From NCBI GenBank assembly GCA_964505555.1, contig CAZDIO010000102.1, positions 13,355-77,354 of the forward strand: a stretch of DNA of 64,000 bases. The letters run 5' to 3'. Below the pieces are notes generated by a model, which was not told the DNA's origin, made no database searches, and was given only the letters and a program-made list of their open reading frames with translations. Position numbers and translations under genes: made by a program. This document shows, in pieces, positions 1 to 10,010 of this stretch. The stretch's first letter is position 1; every line of letters starts with the position of its first letter. This DNA is from an uncultured Bdellovibrionales bacterium (GTDB taxonomy: Bacteria > Bdellovibrionota_C > UBA2361 > SZUA-149 > CAZDIO01).

Positions 1-955
1 TTGTAAGTAGGCGGTAGTGAGAAAAATTACCGTTCCACTACAAAACAGTAAGATCACTTCTTGTTGATGATTAAAGGCGATAAGAAAAAAAAGTGCTGCG
101 ATCTCTCTCCATCTGCTTGACTGACCAGAAAAGAGTTCTATCAATACGGTGAGTGCTCGAAAGTACGCTGCGTAGGCAATAATTGTCGAAGAAAGTGCAT
201 AGTAACGAACTCCAAATGAACTTGTGCCAAAAATGCAAAAAAAAGCGATAACATGAACATAGGCGCTCCACTTTGAAAAACGCAGTGTTCTTGCAAAAAG
301 ATAAAGCTGATACGCAAGTAAGAGCTGACTACAAGCACTAAGAAGATCAAGGGCTTCTCGCCTTGAAAGTAACGGAATAAAACGCAAAAAGCTCCAAAAA
401 AAGAAATAGGAAAACTTTCCCCTTAGGTCATGTTCACCGATTGTTGTCGCAGAGGTCCAAGAAAAAATCCGCCTCACATGCTCCCATGGATCAGAAGGGT
501 ATTCTAGGTACGCACCTGGGAGAAATAACAGCAAGAAAATTAGTAGCCAAAAAAGAACATCGAACACTTGAAAAGAGGAGATTCGCTTGAGACAAAAAAG
601 CAAAAACAGCAGACAAAACCCCACATGAAGGACAGTAAAAATCGAAAGAATGATAGATATTTTGAGATTCAAAACCCATCCAAAAAGATACACGGCTAGA
701 TAAGGGATAAAGAAACTCACTCCATCCCTAAAAAGATTAACGGAGATTTTATCGATTATTTTCTGACATTGCGTCATACAATTTTGTCTGGAATGGCACC
801 GATCAATTATCGATTCTTTATATGGTCATTGCACTAACACACCCCCACGAGAAGCCACAATCTTGTTGAGTCGCTTGCAATCGTTCTGACCTCAATTTGA
901 ATCCATTTCCTCCTTATGCTATGAAAAAATTGAGTCTAAAAGAACGTAAACTACT

Positions 956-1828
956 TTGACAATGTTAGAAGTTTTGAAAAAGCAAGAATCGAACGTGGTA
1001 AATATCGAGCGTCAAGCAGTTGAGCTGCAACCATTTACTCTGCTACTTTCAATCCGCAAACGATACCTGCTTTTTTTATCGCTCTTGATACTTGCTATTA
1101 CTGCTAGCGTGGTGAGCTACTATCTTACTCCTCCACAGTTTGAAAGTAGGGTTGTCGTTATAATTCCAAAAATAACCGATGACGCATTTAATGTGTTTCC
1201 AAATGTAGCGAGTGTTACCTCGAGTTTTATTGAAAAATACGATGTGACCAATGCTCGTCGATCCACAAGAAAGCTGCCTTATATAAATTCTGTGCATCCT
1301 ACTTCTGGTGCTTATGTCAAAGACAGTGATGCAATAGCAATCTCTGCTCGCGGGACAACGATTGGAGAATCAGAGCACTACCTCACTATCGTCGCCAAAC
1401 AGCTCGTTGAGGAACTAAACCTCCCTCTTACTATGGTAAAAAAGAATTGGACCGATTATCTTGATTGGATAACAAGAGAGAGCATTTCATTAGAAGGATC
1501 GATAAAGGATCTCGAAACAAAAACAGCGAATCTTTCTGGAGAAAATGTAGCATTTCATGCGCTGTTGACATTAGAACAAGCAAAAGCTCGCGATAACCTC
1601 TCTGAAATGCGCTCAAAGCTTGCCGCAACGAAGCGACAGTTAGTAATCGCCGATACCTATGCAGCCTCGATCCTTGTAGGACCAAGTCCCGTCTTCGATG
1701 GCAAACCTGTGACACCACGATTTAATGAATTTTTGTTTTTCGGAGTTTTCTTTGGTCTTTTCTTGGCGTGTGTCGGTATATTAGCCGCTGAATGTCTTCC
1801 GCGTATCTCCATTTTTAAGCGGACCTGA
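956..1828 (+). CDS. Wzz-like polysaccharide chain-length determinant (PCP) protein. The real ATG start is probably at 962.
   Basis: 290 aa with an N-terminal TM (LLFLSLLILAITASVVSYYL) and a C-terminal TM (FLFFGVFFGLFLACVGILAA). A hydrophilic, coiled-coil-like periplasmic region lies between them. It sits in a glycan cluster. Confidence 0.45.
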   Translation: MTMLEVLKKQESNVVNIERQAVELQPFTLLLSIRKRYLLFLSLLILAITASVVSYYLTPPQFESRVVVIIPKITDDAFNVFPNVASVTSSFIEKYDVTNARRSTRKLPYINSVHPTSGAYVKDSDAIAISARGTTIGESEHYLTIVAKQLVEELNLPLTMVKKNWTDYLDWITRESISLEGSIKDLETKTANLSGENVAFHALLTLEQAKARDNLSEMRSKLAATKRQLVIADTYAASILVGPSPVFDGKPVTPRFNEFLFFGVFFGLFLACVGILAAECLPRISIFKRT

Positions 1829-2656
1829 GCATTCAAACACCATCTTGAAGCTATATGGTTCGAGCAACAAAAAACGTTGCATCAGACCCTTATCAAGCTC
1901 ATCAATCAAAGCAAAAAGTTTCTTACAGAGCTTTTCTGGAAGGAGGTGGCGAAGGGGTGCAATGCAAGGCAGAAAAAAATGGAAATGTTTTTTTTCCGCC
2001 CTTGAAAATGAACTTTCAAGTAGAGTAAAATCTTGAGTTTTCATAACGTGCGAAGCCGCCCATCGAGTTCGCGTTCCGCGCCAAACTCCAACCGACCGAT
2101 TGAGGTTAAATATCGGGTTATGACCCAAACATTCGATTCCAAGGAGAACCCCTCGAGGACTTAGCACCCGACACATCTCTTTTAGTGCAGAGGGAAGATT
2201 AAAACTCGAAAATGCTTCATGGTTAATCACGACATCAAAACTATCATCCGCAAAATTGAGTGTGTCCGTATCCATCGTCTGAAACGAAACCTTTTGATGC
2301 AAGCCCCGCTCAAAAGCTCCCTGCGAGGCAACTTGCACAGCCGCTGGAGCGATATCAATACCGATTACTGAAGCAGCACCAAAAGCACCTGCCAAGATAC
2401 TATGTTTTCCAGTTCCACAGCCAACCTCAAGAATTCGTGCTCCCTGACAGATCGCACGAAGCCGGGTAAGAAAAAAATCTTCACTCCTATGGAGGATCTG
2501 TTCGCGCACCTCTGGCGAAGTAAAGTGACGAGAGGCCGCATAAAGCTCTTGATAGACCTCCCGTTCAGTCGCCTTCCACGGATCCTCTGGTAGTAATTCT
2601 CGACCGGAATTAACCACAGTGATCTCTTCCATCGGTCGTTCTTTGGAACTTTGCAT
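1781..2656 (-). CDS. Class I SAM-dependent methyltransferase
   Basis: Motif I ILEVGCGTGKHSILAGAFGA followed by VIGIDIAPAAV. It is convergent with the wzz-like gene and overlaps it. Confidence 0.7.
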   Translation of the reverse strand: MQSSKERPMEEITVVNSGRELLPEDPWKATEREVYQELYAASRHFTSPEVREQILHRSEDFFLTRLRAICQGARILEVGCGTGKHSILAGAFGAASVIGIDIAPAAVQVASQGAFERGLHQKVSFQTMDTDTLNFADDSFDVVINHEAFSSFNLPSALKEMCRVLSPRGVLLGIECLGHNPIFNLNRSVGVWRGTRTRWAASHVMKTQDFTLLESSFSRAEKKHFHFFLPCIAPLRHLLPEKLCKKLFALIDELDKGLMQRFLLLEPYSFKMVFECSGPLKNGDTRKTFSG

Positions 2657-2865
2657 TACTCTTTCTTATGAACTCTAGCACTGTATTTTTGACACTATAG
2701 AAGAAGGATAAAGAGAAGACAAATTCTCCACTCCTCTGTAAGCCTTGAATTTGTTATGTAATAAAATATCATCAAATGAGTGCAAAACAAGTGCCCTTAT
2801 GTTATGTAGTGCGGCTTAATCAGTATGGTCAAGCTGAGATTATTGTTGGAGATTATTAAGACCTT

Positions 2866-3969
2866 ATGAAGCAAATTCCCTATTTTGACTATCCTCATAC
2901 CTTTCGTTCAGAAGAAGAATCTCTTCTTGCGATTATTACTGATATCGGGCGAAGAGGAGCGTTTGTCCTGCAAAACGATCTCACACAGTTTGAAAAGAAT
3001 TTGGCGATCTTTGCAGAGTCCCCCTTCGCGGTAGGAGTTGCAAATGCCACAGATGGACTAACTATCGCTCTGCGAGCAGCAGGGATTGGTCCTGGTGATG
3101 AGGTAATCTTTTGCTCACACACCTTTGTGGCAACTGCTGCTGCAATTCACCATACGGGTGCTACGCCGGTGCCTGTTGAATGCCAAGCTGATCATTTGAT
3201 CGATCCTCACTCAGTGAAAAAAGCGATAACAAAACGCACAAAAGCGATCCTTCCTACACAGCTCAATGGGCGAACCGCAGAAATGGATCTCTTGATGGCG
3301 ATCGCCGAAGAAAACAATCTCCTCCTTATTGAAGATGCGGCACAAGCTCTTGGCTCTCGTTTTAGGGGGAGACAAGCAGGCACTTTTGGGGTTGCCTCAG
3401 CAATTAGCTTTTTCCCTGCAAAATCGCTTGGCTGCTTAGGAGATGGTGGCGCAGTACTTGTTCGAAATGAAGAGCTCTATCACAAAATACGATTAATGAG
3501 AGATCACGGTCGAAGCGCAACCGGTGAAGTTGTGATGTGGGGGGTTAATTCCCGCCTTGATAATTTACAAGCAGCGATATTGGATTATCGATTAAAATCT
3601 TTCGATACGGTCATTGCGCGCCGCAGAAAGATCGCTCAAATCTATCAAGAAGAACTAGAAGCAACGTCCCAAGTTGTTCTCCCACCCGGGCCAAATGCAA
3701 ACAGTGATCACTTTGATACCTTTCAAAATTATGAGATCGAGGCCGAACTGAGAGATGCTTTAAAGAATTTTCTTCGTGAGCAAGGTGTGGGCACTTTGAT
3801 TCAATGGGGAGGAAAAGCGGTACATGAATTTCCAGCGCTGGGATTTCAGGTGAAACTTCCCTTCACAGAAAAAATGTTTGAACGATGTTTGATGCTCCCG
3901 ATGAACATGTCTCTAGCGGATGAAGATGTTCGACATATTTGTACGGTGATAAGAAAGTTTTATGGCTAG
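2866..3969 (+). CDS. DegT/DnrJ/EryC1/StrS-family PLP-dependent sugar aminotransferase
   Basis: 367 aa. Typical DegT N-terminal region (GVANATDGLTIALRAAGIGPGDEVI...HTFVATAAAI) and the central SxxFFPxKxLG region (ISFFPAKSLGCLGDGG). Confidence 0.85.
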   Translation: MKQIPYFDYPHTFRSEEESLLAIITDIGRRGAFVLQNDLTQFEKNLAIFAESPFAVGVANATDGLTIALRAAGIGPGDEVIFCSHTFVATAAAIHHTGATPVPVECQADHLIDPHSVKKAITKRTKAILPTQLNGRTAEMDLLMAIAEENNLLLIEDAAQALGSRFRGRQAGTFGVASAISFFPAKSLGCLGDGGAVLVRNEELYHKIRLMRDHGRSATGEVVMWGVNSRLDNLQAAILDYRLKSFDTVIARRRKIAQIYQEELEATSQVVLPPGPNANSDHFDTFQNYEIEAELRDALKNFLREQGVGTLIQWGGKAVHEFPALGFQVKLPFTEKMFERCLMLPMNMSLADEDVRHICTVIRKFYG

Positions 3970-4807
3970 TAGTTTTGACGGCCTTGTGCCCGATCCCATC
4001 AGCTCGAAGGAGCTGGCAAAAAGGATTCGAATCCACGCATTAGAAATGGCAAACCGAGGCTCTAGCTCGCATATCGCTTCTAGCCTTTCTATTGCGGACA
4101 TTCTTGCCGTTCTTTATGGAGAGGTTTTGCAGGTAGACCCCACCAATCCTCAGTGGCCTGCTCGAGATCGCTTTATCTTGAGCAAAGGTCATGCTGGAGC
4201 AGCTCTTTATGCAACCCTGGCGGAAAGAGGGTTTTTCCCGCCTGAACGTCTCCTCTCACACTATCAGAATGGTTCCGATCTTAGTGGACATGTATCTCAC
4301 AAAGGTATCCCTGGGGTGGAGCTCTCCACGGGATCTCTAGGACATGGGCTTGGGGTCGGTGCCGGAATGGCATACGGAGCAAGACTTGATGCACAGACTC
4401 ATCGAGTCTTTGTGTTGATGAGTGATGGAGAGTGTGACGAAGGTTCAAATTGGGAAGCTATTTTATTTGCTGCACATCATCAACTTGATAACCTGGTGGC
4501 AATCATCGATTATAATAAGATACAAAGCCTTGCTCCTGTTTCAGAAACGTTGGGACTTGAGCCCTTCCGTGCAAAATGGGAGGCCTTTGGTTGGGAAGTA
4601 AAGGAATTAGATGGTCATCACCATCAGGAACTTTTTAGTGCTTTCTCAAAAATTCCTTTTGAAACAGGAAAGCCAAATTGCATTATTGCTCACACAACCA
4701 AGGGAAAAGGAGTTAAGTTCATGGAAGACTCTGTACTTTGGCACTACCGCACTCCTCAGGGAAGTGAATTTGAACGAGCATTAGCAGAGCTTCATTCTAC
4801 CTTATGA
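3962..4807 (+). CDS. Transketolase, N-terminal (thiamine-diphosphate-binding) subunit of a split transketolase
   Basis: Contains GHAGAALYATLAERGFF, GSLGHGLGVGAGMAYGA and DGECDEGSNWEA (TPP-binding). Its start overlaps the degT stop. Confidence 0.85.
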   Translation: MASSFDGLVPDPISSKELAKRIRIHALEMANRGSSSHIASSLSIADILAVLYGEVLQVDPTNPQWPARDRFILSKGHAGAALYATLAERGFFPPERLLSHYQNGSDLSGHVSHKGIPGVELSTGSLGHGLGVGAGMAYGARLDAQTHRVFVLMSDGECDEGSNWEAILFAAHHQLDNLVAIIDYNKIQSLAPVSETLGLEPFRAKWEAFGWEVKELDGHHHQELFSAFSKIPFETGKPNCIIAHTTKGKGVKFMEDSVLWHYRTPQGSEFERALAELHSTL

Positions 4808-5760
4808 GAGATTGTTTTATCTTTAGGCTCTGTCAGATCGCAGAACACAATCCGCGTGTCATGCTCCTTACTGGAGATCTCGGATTTGCGGTGTTTGATG
4901 AATTTCGCAGTCGGTTTCCTCGACAGTTTCTTAATGTCGGTGTTGCAGAACAGAACCTCACCGGGGTAGCAACTGGATTAGCTCTAGAAGGGCGCGTTGT
5001 GTTTACCTACTCAATTGGAAACTTTCCAACTTTGCGTTGCTTAGAGCAGATTCGAAGCGACGTGCTCTATCATAACGCCAATGTAAATATTGTATCCGTG
5101 GGCTCTGGCTTTAGTTATGGTGCGCTTGGAATGTCTCATCATGCGACTGAGGATATAAGCATTATGCGCGCACTCCCTGGTCTGACGATCATGTCCCCAG
5201 GTGATGATTGGGAAGCTGAAGAATGCACCCAGGCACTGGTCATGAAGCAAGGTCCTGGATATCTACGGCTCGATAAATCAAGCGCTGGAAACACAAAAAA
5301 GCCTGGCGAAATCTTTCAATTAGGCCAAGGCCGGGTACTTCGCGAGGGGAATAACGCAACTTTGATTACGACAGGTGGAATTTTGAAGTTAGTGCTTGAA
5401 GTCGCTGATCAACTTGCTCTTGCCAAGCTCCCTTGTCGAGTGATTAGTCTCCCAACTCTAAAACCGTTAGATTGGGGGCTTATTGAACGTGGAGCGATGG
5501 AAACAGGTGGAATCGTGACGATTGAAGAACATACCGTCGAGGGTGGGTTGGGAAGCCTCGTCGCAGAACACTTATTAGAATCAGGAATTATTCCAGAAAA
5601 GTTTTTCCGTATCGGATTGCGAGATGGATTTCCTACTGTCGTGGGAAGCCAGGAGTATCTACGATCAATATGTAAAATTGATTCTCGCAGTATTTTTGAA
5701 ACCCTCGCTAAGTTCCTTCAGCGCGAGGAAAAGCTCCCCCACAGAGGTGTAGCAAGATGA
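4804..5760 (+). CDS. Transketolase, C-terminal (pyrimidine-binding) subunit
   Basis: 318 aa with a transketolase-like pyrimidine-binding and C-terminal domain. ATGA overlap with the upstream N-terminal subunit gene. Confidence 0.85.
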   Translation: MRDCFIFRLCQIAEHNPRVMLLTGDLGFAVFDEFRSRFPRQFLNVGVAEQNLTGVATGLALEGRVVFTYSIGNFPTLRCLEQIRSDVLYHNANVNIVSVGSGFSYGALGMSHHATEDISIMRALPGLTIMSPGDDWEAEECTQALVMKQGPGYLRLDKSSAGNTKKPGEIFQLGQGRVLREGNNATLITTGGILKLVLEVADQLALAKLPCRVISLPTLKPLDWGLIERGAMETGGIVTIEEHTVEGGLGSLVAEHLLESGIIPEKFFRIGLRDGFPTVVGSQEYLRSICKIDSRSIFETLAKFLQREEKLPHRGVAR

Positions 5761-6527
5761 AGCGAACACTGGACATCATTGCGGCAACACTTGGACTCAC
5801 TTTTCTGGCTCCTATTTTATCGTGTCTCGCATTTGCAATATGGCTCCAAGATCGGCACTCCCCATTCTATATTAGTCAACGAGTAGGGCGTGGGGGTAAT
5901 GTGTTTCAGATGGTGAAGTTGCGTTCGATGATCGCCTTTGCAGATCGTGCGGGAATTGATTCCACATCAGCAACGGATTCGCGCATTACACCGCTTGGTC
6001 ATTTTATTCGACGGTATAAAATGGATGAGTTATGCCAACTTTGGAATGTTCTAAGAGGTGAGATGAGCTTAGTCGGACCAAGACCGAATGTTCAGTGGGA
6101 CACTCAGCGGTACACCACAGAAGAGAAAAAGCTTCTTACCGTCCGGCCTGGAGTTACTGACTTGGCTTCGATCGTCTTCTCAGATGAGGGAGAAATACTT
6201 CGAGACAGTAGCGATCCGGACCTGGATTACAGCCGCATCATTCGGCCTTGGAAAAATCGGCTTGGATTGATTTATATCGAAAACCAATCCTTTTTCCTTG
6301 ATCTTCGAGTTATTTATCTTACCTGCATTGCGATCATTTCTAAAGATCGCGCACTGCAATCAGTCGTCAAAATTCTTATCGGATTTGGCGCTGACCCACT
6401 CCTGATAAGAATGGCTAGCCGAAAAGAGGCCTTACTTGCATATCCTCCTCCAGGAAGTAACTCCATTGCCACTACAGGGAAACCCGCAGATGAGGGTGCT
6501 GCGATGCCTAAACGACAATGCGGTTAA
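5757..6527 (+). CDS. Small initiating phosphoglycosyltransferase (bacterial sugar transferase, PglC/WbaP C-terminal-like)
   Basis: One N-terminal TM (IIAATLGLTFLAPILSCLAFAIWL), then PFYISQRVGRGGNVFQMVKLRSM and DELCQLWNVLRGEMSLVGPRP, which are hallmark motifs of this family. Confidence 0.85.
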   Translation: MKRTLDIIAATLGLTFLAPILSCLAFAIWLQDRHSPFYISQRVGRGGNVFQMVKLRSMIAFADRAGIDSTSATDSRITPLGHFIRRYKMDELCQLWNVLRGEMSLVGPRPNVQWDTQRYTTEEKKLLTVRPGVTDLASIVFSDEGEILRDSSDPDLDYSRIIRPWKNRLGLIYIENQSFFLDLRVIYLTCIAIISKDRALQSVVKILIGFGADPLLIRMASRKEALLAYPPPGSNSIATTGKPADEGAAMPKRQCG

Positions 6528-6536
6528 AACACCAGA

Positions 6537-7292
6537 TTAGTCAATGAAGGCGTACGCCACATAAGGATCGAAATCAAAACGCCGGAGCCTCAATTTATTT
6601 GGTCCTAGCACATCGAGTAGAGCCCCTGTTTCGCCAGGCCAAATCGGATTGTCGAGTTCGTCAAATGCAATAACAGCTCCTTTCGGCATCCGGGGAACAA
6701 AATACTCAAGAGCAATCTTTGTCGGCTCATACAGATCAAGATCTAAATACAAAAGACTCACGACAGTGTGTTTGTTGTTTTCAATAAAAGTTGGGATCGT
6801 TTCACGAACATCTCCCCGGACAAGGTGTACTTTATCAACATGCCCAAGAAACCGGTTATCATCATAAATAGAGATGAGCTGCAAGATTTCATCATAAGAA
6901 TTAGCCGCAAGATCTCCTTTTTGTGGCAAATACTGCTTGCTGTGATCTCGTTGCGTAATTCCATTTAACCCTGAAAAACTATCAAATCCATATATTCTCC
7001 GGGTAAGATTATTTGGTTCAAGAACAGAAGAAAAATGTGCCCAACTCATTAAACCAAACCCCTGATTCACTCCACACTCTATGATTGAACCTTTGACAGG
7101 GAGGCAAAGTTTAAAAAGCTCATAGAGCGTAAGAAATCGTGTTACCTTTTGACGGCGAATGTATTTGGGAAAGTTCTCGAGATTCTGTTCTGTAATCAGG
7201 TTATTTCCGTTAAAGAGCGCCGCAATTCGTTCTCCGATCTCTGCTTCAGTTGTGGTTCTAAGCCCACCTTCAGGAACGACTGATGATTTCAT
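6537..7292 (-). CDS. TylF/MycF-like (macrocin-O-methyltransferase family) SAM-dependent sugar O-methyltransferase
   Basis: 251 aa with a GSIIECGVNQGFGLMSWAHF fold region and the C-terminal GAVIAFDELDNPIWPGETGAL typical of TylF-type MTases. Confidence 0.55.
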   Translation of the reverse strand: MKSSVVPEGGLRTTTEAEIGERIAALFNGNNLITEQNLENFPKYIRRQKVTRFLTLYELFKLCLPVKGSIIECGVNQGFGLMSWAHFSSVLEPNNLTRRIYGFDSFSGLNGITQRDHSKQYLPQKGDLAANSYDEILQLISIYDDNRFLGHVDKVHLVRGDVRETIPTFIENNKHTVVSLLYLDLDLYEPTKIALEYFVPRMPKGAVIAFDELDNPIWPGETGALLDVLGPNKLRLRRFDFDPYVAYAFID

Positions 7293-7457
7293 ATGTCTAA
7301 TTAAACACTAGCTTAGCGGTATTATTCGAGCCGTTTCCGCTCTTTCGTTGACATCCAAAAAGTTATACTCGGAATTAGTAGGCAATAGCAAGTTTTCTTC
7401 TAGAGAGAATTTCTCTCCTCAACCCTTCATTAGGCTCGAGAGAGCACTTTTTTTCAA

Positions 7458-8594
7458 CTATGCTGCCTCCCTCTTCTGTCTCCGATAAAACTCTTCGTAT
7501 CTGCTTGTAATCGCCTGAATGCTAAAAAAAGATTCTATTCGGACCCGAGCGGCGGCGCCTAAGGCTTCTTGTTCCGGTCGACTCATGACGATAATTTTCT
7601 CCCAGCCCTGTGCTAACGCCACAGGAGAGCCGATCGGAACAATGATACCGCTGCTACCGATAAGCGTTCTACAATCTCCGACGTCAGTAACCACGCATGG
7701 GATGCCACAAGCCATCGCTTCTCCAACCACGTTTGGGAAACCTTCACTCTTTGAGGATAAGGTAAAGATATTAAGTGCTGCCATAATTTTCTCAGCATCT
7801 TTTCGTTCCCCAAGCAGACGCACATGAGACGCAAGATCTAATCGCTCAATAATTTTTATAAGCTCAGCATTTGATGAATCAAAACCCTCTCCACAAAGAA
7901 GAAATGTGCATTGTTTGCAACTTTTTCGAAGCTCCGTTGCTGCATTTAAAAAGTTTTCAGGGTCCTTGATAGGATCGTATCGCGCAACCATCCCAATAAG
8001 CATCTCTGTAGGCCCAACATTTAACTCCCTTCTAATTTGCGCTCGTGCTTCTTGATCAGGACGAAACACCGTTGTGTCAAAACCGTTAGGAATTATCTCA
8101 AATCTCTTGGTGTTATATCCCAAACGTTTGTGACTTTCTTTTGCTGCTGAAGAGTTACAGATAATTGCCTTTGGGACACTGTATGAAAGCCACGCGCAGA
8201 GTTTCATTACCATCCATGTTGTCTTCTTTGTTCGTGAAATCTCCACATCACTTCGTCGACAATTCCAAATAACGGGAGCCTTACTTATCAATCGTGTTAC
8301 GACTCCACCAAGAAGATCGGCATGATACATCCATGTTTGAACAATATCTGGAGAAAAAGTTTTTATATAGCGCGCAAGTTTAAAGCTTGCTGATAAGTCA
8401 GGAACCCCTCTTTTCATATTAAGAGTTCTGACAACAATTCCAATCTCCTCAAGACGTTGAGCGATGGGGCCGGGAGAAATAAGAGAGATAACTTCGTTCT
8501 CGAATTCATCCCGATTCATATGTGCAAGCAATTTAAAAAGCATCATTTCAGCACCACCAACGTGCAAACCAGTGATGATGTGGAGGACCTTCAT
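7458..8594 (-). CDS. Glycosyltransferase family 4 (GT-B, retaining)
   Basis: N-terminus MKVLHIITGLHVGGAEMMLFKLL. C-terminal EGFPNVVGEAMACGIPCVVTDVG region typical of GT4. Confidence 0.85.
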   Translation of the reverse strand: MKVLHIITGLHVGGAEMMLFKLLAHMNRDEFENEVISLISPGPIAQRLEEIGIVVRTLNMKRGVPDLSASFKLARYIKTFSPDIVQTWMYHADLLGGVVTRLISKAPVIWNCRRSDVEISRTKKTTWMVMKLCAWLSYSVPKAIICNSSAAKESHKRLGYNTKRFEIIPNGFDTTVFRPDQEARAQIRRELNVGPTEMLIGMVARYDPIKDPENFLNAATELRKSCKQCTFLLCGEGFDSSNAELIKIIERLDLASHVRLLGERKDAEKIMAALNIFTLSSKSEGFPNVVGEAMACGIPCVVTDVGDCRTLIGSSGIIVPIGSPVALAQGWEKIIVMSRPEQEALGAAARVRIESFFSIQAITSRYEEFYRRQKREAA

Positions 8595-8673
8595 TACCTA
8601 AAACATCTCCTTGCTTTCATAAGAAAATCCATGTTTATTATATACTTCTGGAAAAATCTATAATTGCCATTAC

Positions 8674-9963
8674 ATGATATTCTCCTTACTTCCGATGTTT
8701 GTTGTCACCACCACTTCTGTCGTAATGCTCTTGGTATGGGGGCTTTCGCAACGTTTCAACCTGCACTCATTGCACAACATTTTTATCCTTATTTGGGCAT
8801 ACTATACGTTTTGTGTCCCGTTGGATTTGATGTTTTTCCCTGAATTACTTTCTCCCTCAGTCGGTGGCATGCCTAATCTCGGAGATGAAACCTTCGGAGA
8901 TGAGATAGGAATTACATTTTTTCATTATCTGATACTTGGCGGCTCATTTTTTTTAATCTACCACTTTCTGCCGGGTGGATCTCATAAAAACCCCAGGTGG
9001 AAATTATTGGAACTTCCTCTTCCCCCTCTCTGGGTGGTGATTACTTTAAATACGTTGGTCTTCGTAGCCTCAGTGGTGCTCATCGGCAGCCTTTCGCGAA
9101 GCGAAGCCGCGCTCTTGGGTGCGACAAATGTTTCATATAAGTTTTTTACGATCCTCACTACATTCGTTCAGGCGCTTAATATTATTTATGTTCATGAGAT
9201 TAACGACCGACGGAAAGCGCTTCTCATAGTACTTGCTTCATTTCTTTTTACACTCGCCACTGGTGGTCGAACGACTTTTGTAATTTTCATGCTCATCTTT
9301 CTCATCCGTTATGAAATACCGATTTCACGAGTTGGGCGAATTGTAACCGGAGTACTCGCCATTTGTTTTGCTGCTTTTTGGAAATTAATCTGGAGCAGTT
9401 TATCCCAGATGATTTTTTTTGGAGGCTCGGCTTCTGCGCTTTTAGACTTACCCTCTGTGACGGTTTCTAACTTTGAGGGGATCGGTCCCTATGAAATATC
9501 GGTATCCCTTCTTCGTCACTGGGGCTCCTCCCCTTGGTTACTGGGAGAGACCTATATCGTTACTCCGTTGCAATTATTGTTCCCACGTTTTCTTAGTTGG
9601 GAGCCGGTACAAACGCTTGCCGAATATTATGGTCAGTTATTCTCGCCAAACTTTGTTGCTCTTGGTGGTGGTATTGGTTTTTCAGCCGTTGGCGAGGCTT
9701 GGCTTAATTTTTCCCACTTTGGGCCTTTTTTACTCGGCTTGGTTTTTGGTTATATCGCTAAATATTATGACAGCCACCCGCGAGGATTGAGTTATTGGAT
9801 AGTCGTTATTGTTTTCTGTAGATTGTTTCGTTCAGATTTTGCTTCCATTTTTAAGAGTTGGTTGCTGATCTTGGGAATCTCTATACTTGTGGTAACAGTA
9901 TGTCTAAGGCTGCTTGGTGAGTTGCAGGCCAAAATGCTGACACAATGCAAGGAAAACCATTGA
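8674..9963 (+). CDS. Polytopic membrane protein, candidate O-antigen/oligosaccharide repeat-unit polymerase (Wzy-like)
   Basis: 429 aa with at least 10 predicted TM segments. Encoded divergently from the GT4 gene inside the glycan cluster. No motif-level confirmation. Confidence 0.35.
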   Translation: MIFSLLPMFVVTTTSVVMLLVWGLSQRFNLHSLHNIFILIWAYYTFCVPLDLMFFPELLSPSVGGMPNLGDETFGDEIGITFFHYLILGGSFFLIYHFLPGGSHKNPRWKLLELPLPPLWVVITLNTLVFVASVVLIGSLSRSEAALLGATNVSYKFFTILTTFVQALNIIYVHEINDRRKALLIVLASFLFTLATGGRTTFVIFMLIFLIRYEIPISRVGRIVTGVLAICFAAFWKLIWSSLSQMIFFGGSASALLDLPSVTVSNFEGIGPYEISVSLLRHWGSSPWLLGETYIVTPLQLLFPRFLSWEPVQTLAEYYGQLFSPNFVALGGGIGFSAVGEAWLNFSHFGPFLLGLVFGYIAKYYDSHPRGLSYWIVVIVFCRLFRSDFASIFKSWLLILGISILVVTVCLRLLGELQAKMLTQCKENH

Positions 9964-10010
9964 AGCAACCGGTTAATTTGGTGGTTTAACGTTAGCGTTA
10001 AAAAGAAACT

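Noticed and set aside
10-21. The ops/JUMPstart-like motif GGCGGTAGTGAG (core GGCGGTAG) at the very start of the window, upstream of the glycan cluster.
   Set aside because: Only the 8-nt core matches. It lies in a stretch that looks like the 3' part of a minus-strand membrane-protein gene, not a plus-strand leader. The wzz-like gene starts about 950 bp away. Most likely a chance match.
71-700. Three short overlapping minus-strand ORFs (71..271, 141..350, 491..679) with hydrophobic translations. Possibly a frameshifted or degraded polytopic membrane-protein gene, or the tail of a gene running off the window.
   Set aside because: The frames are inconsistent and there is no motif. A reliable reading frame cannot be established by eye, so no feature is called.
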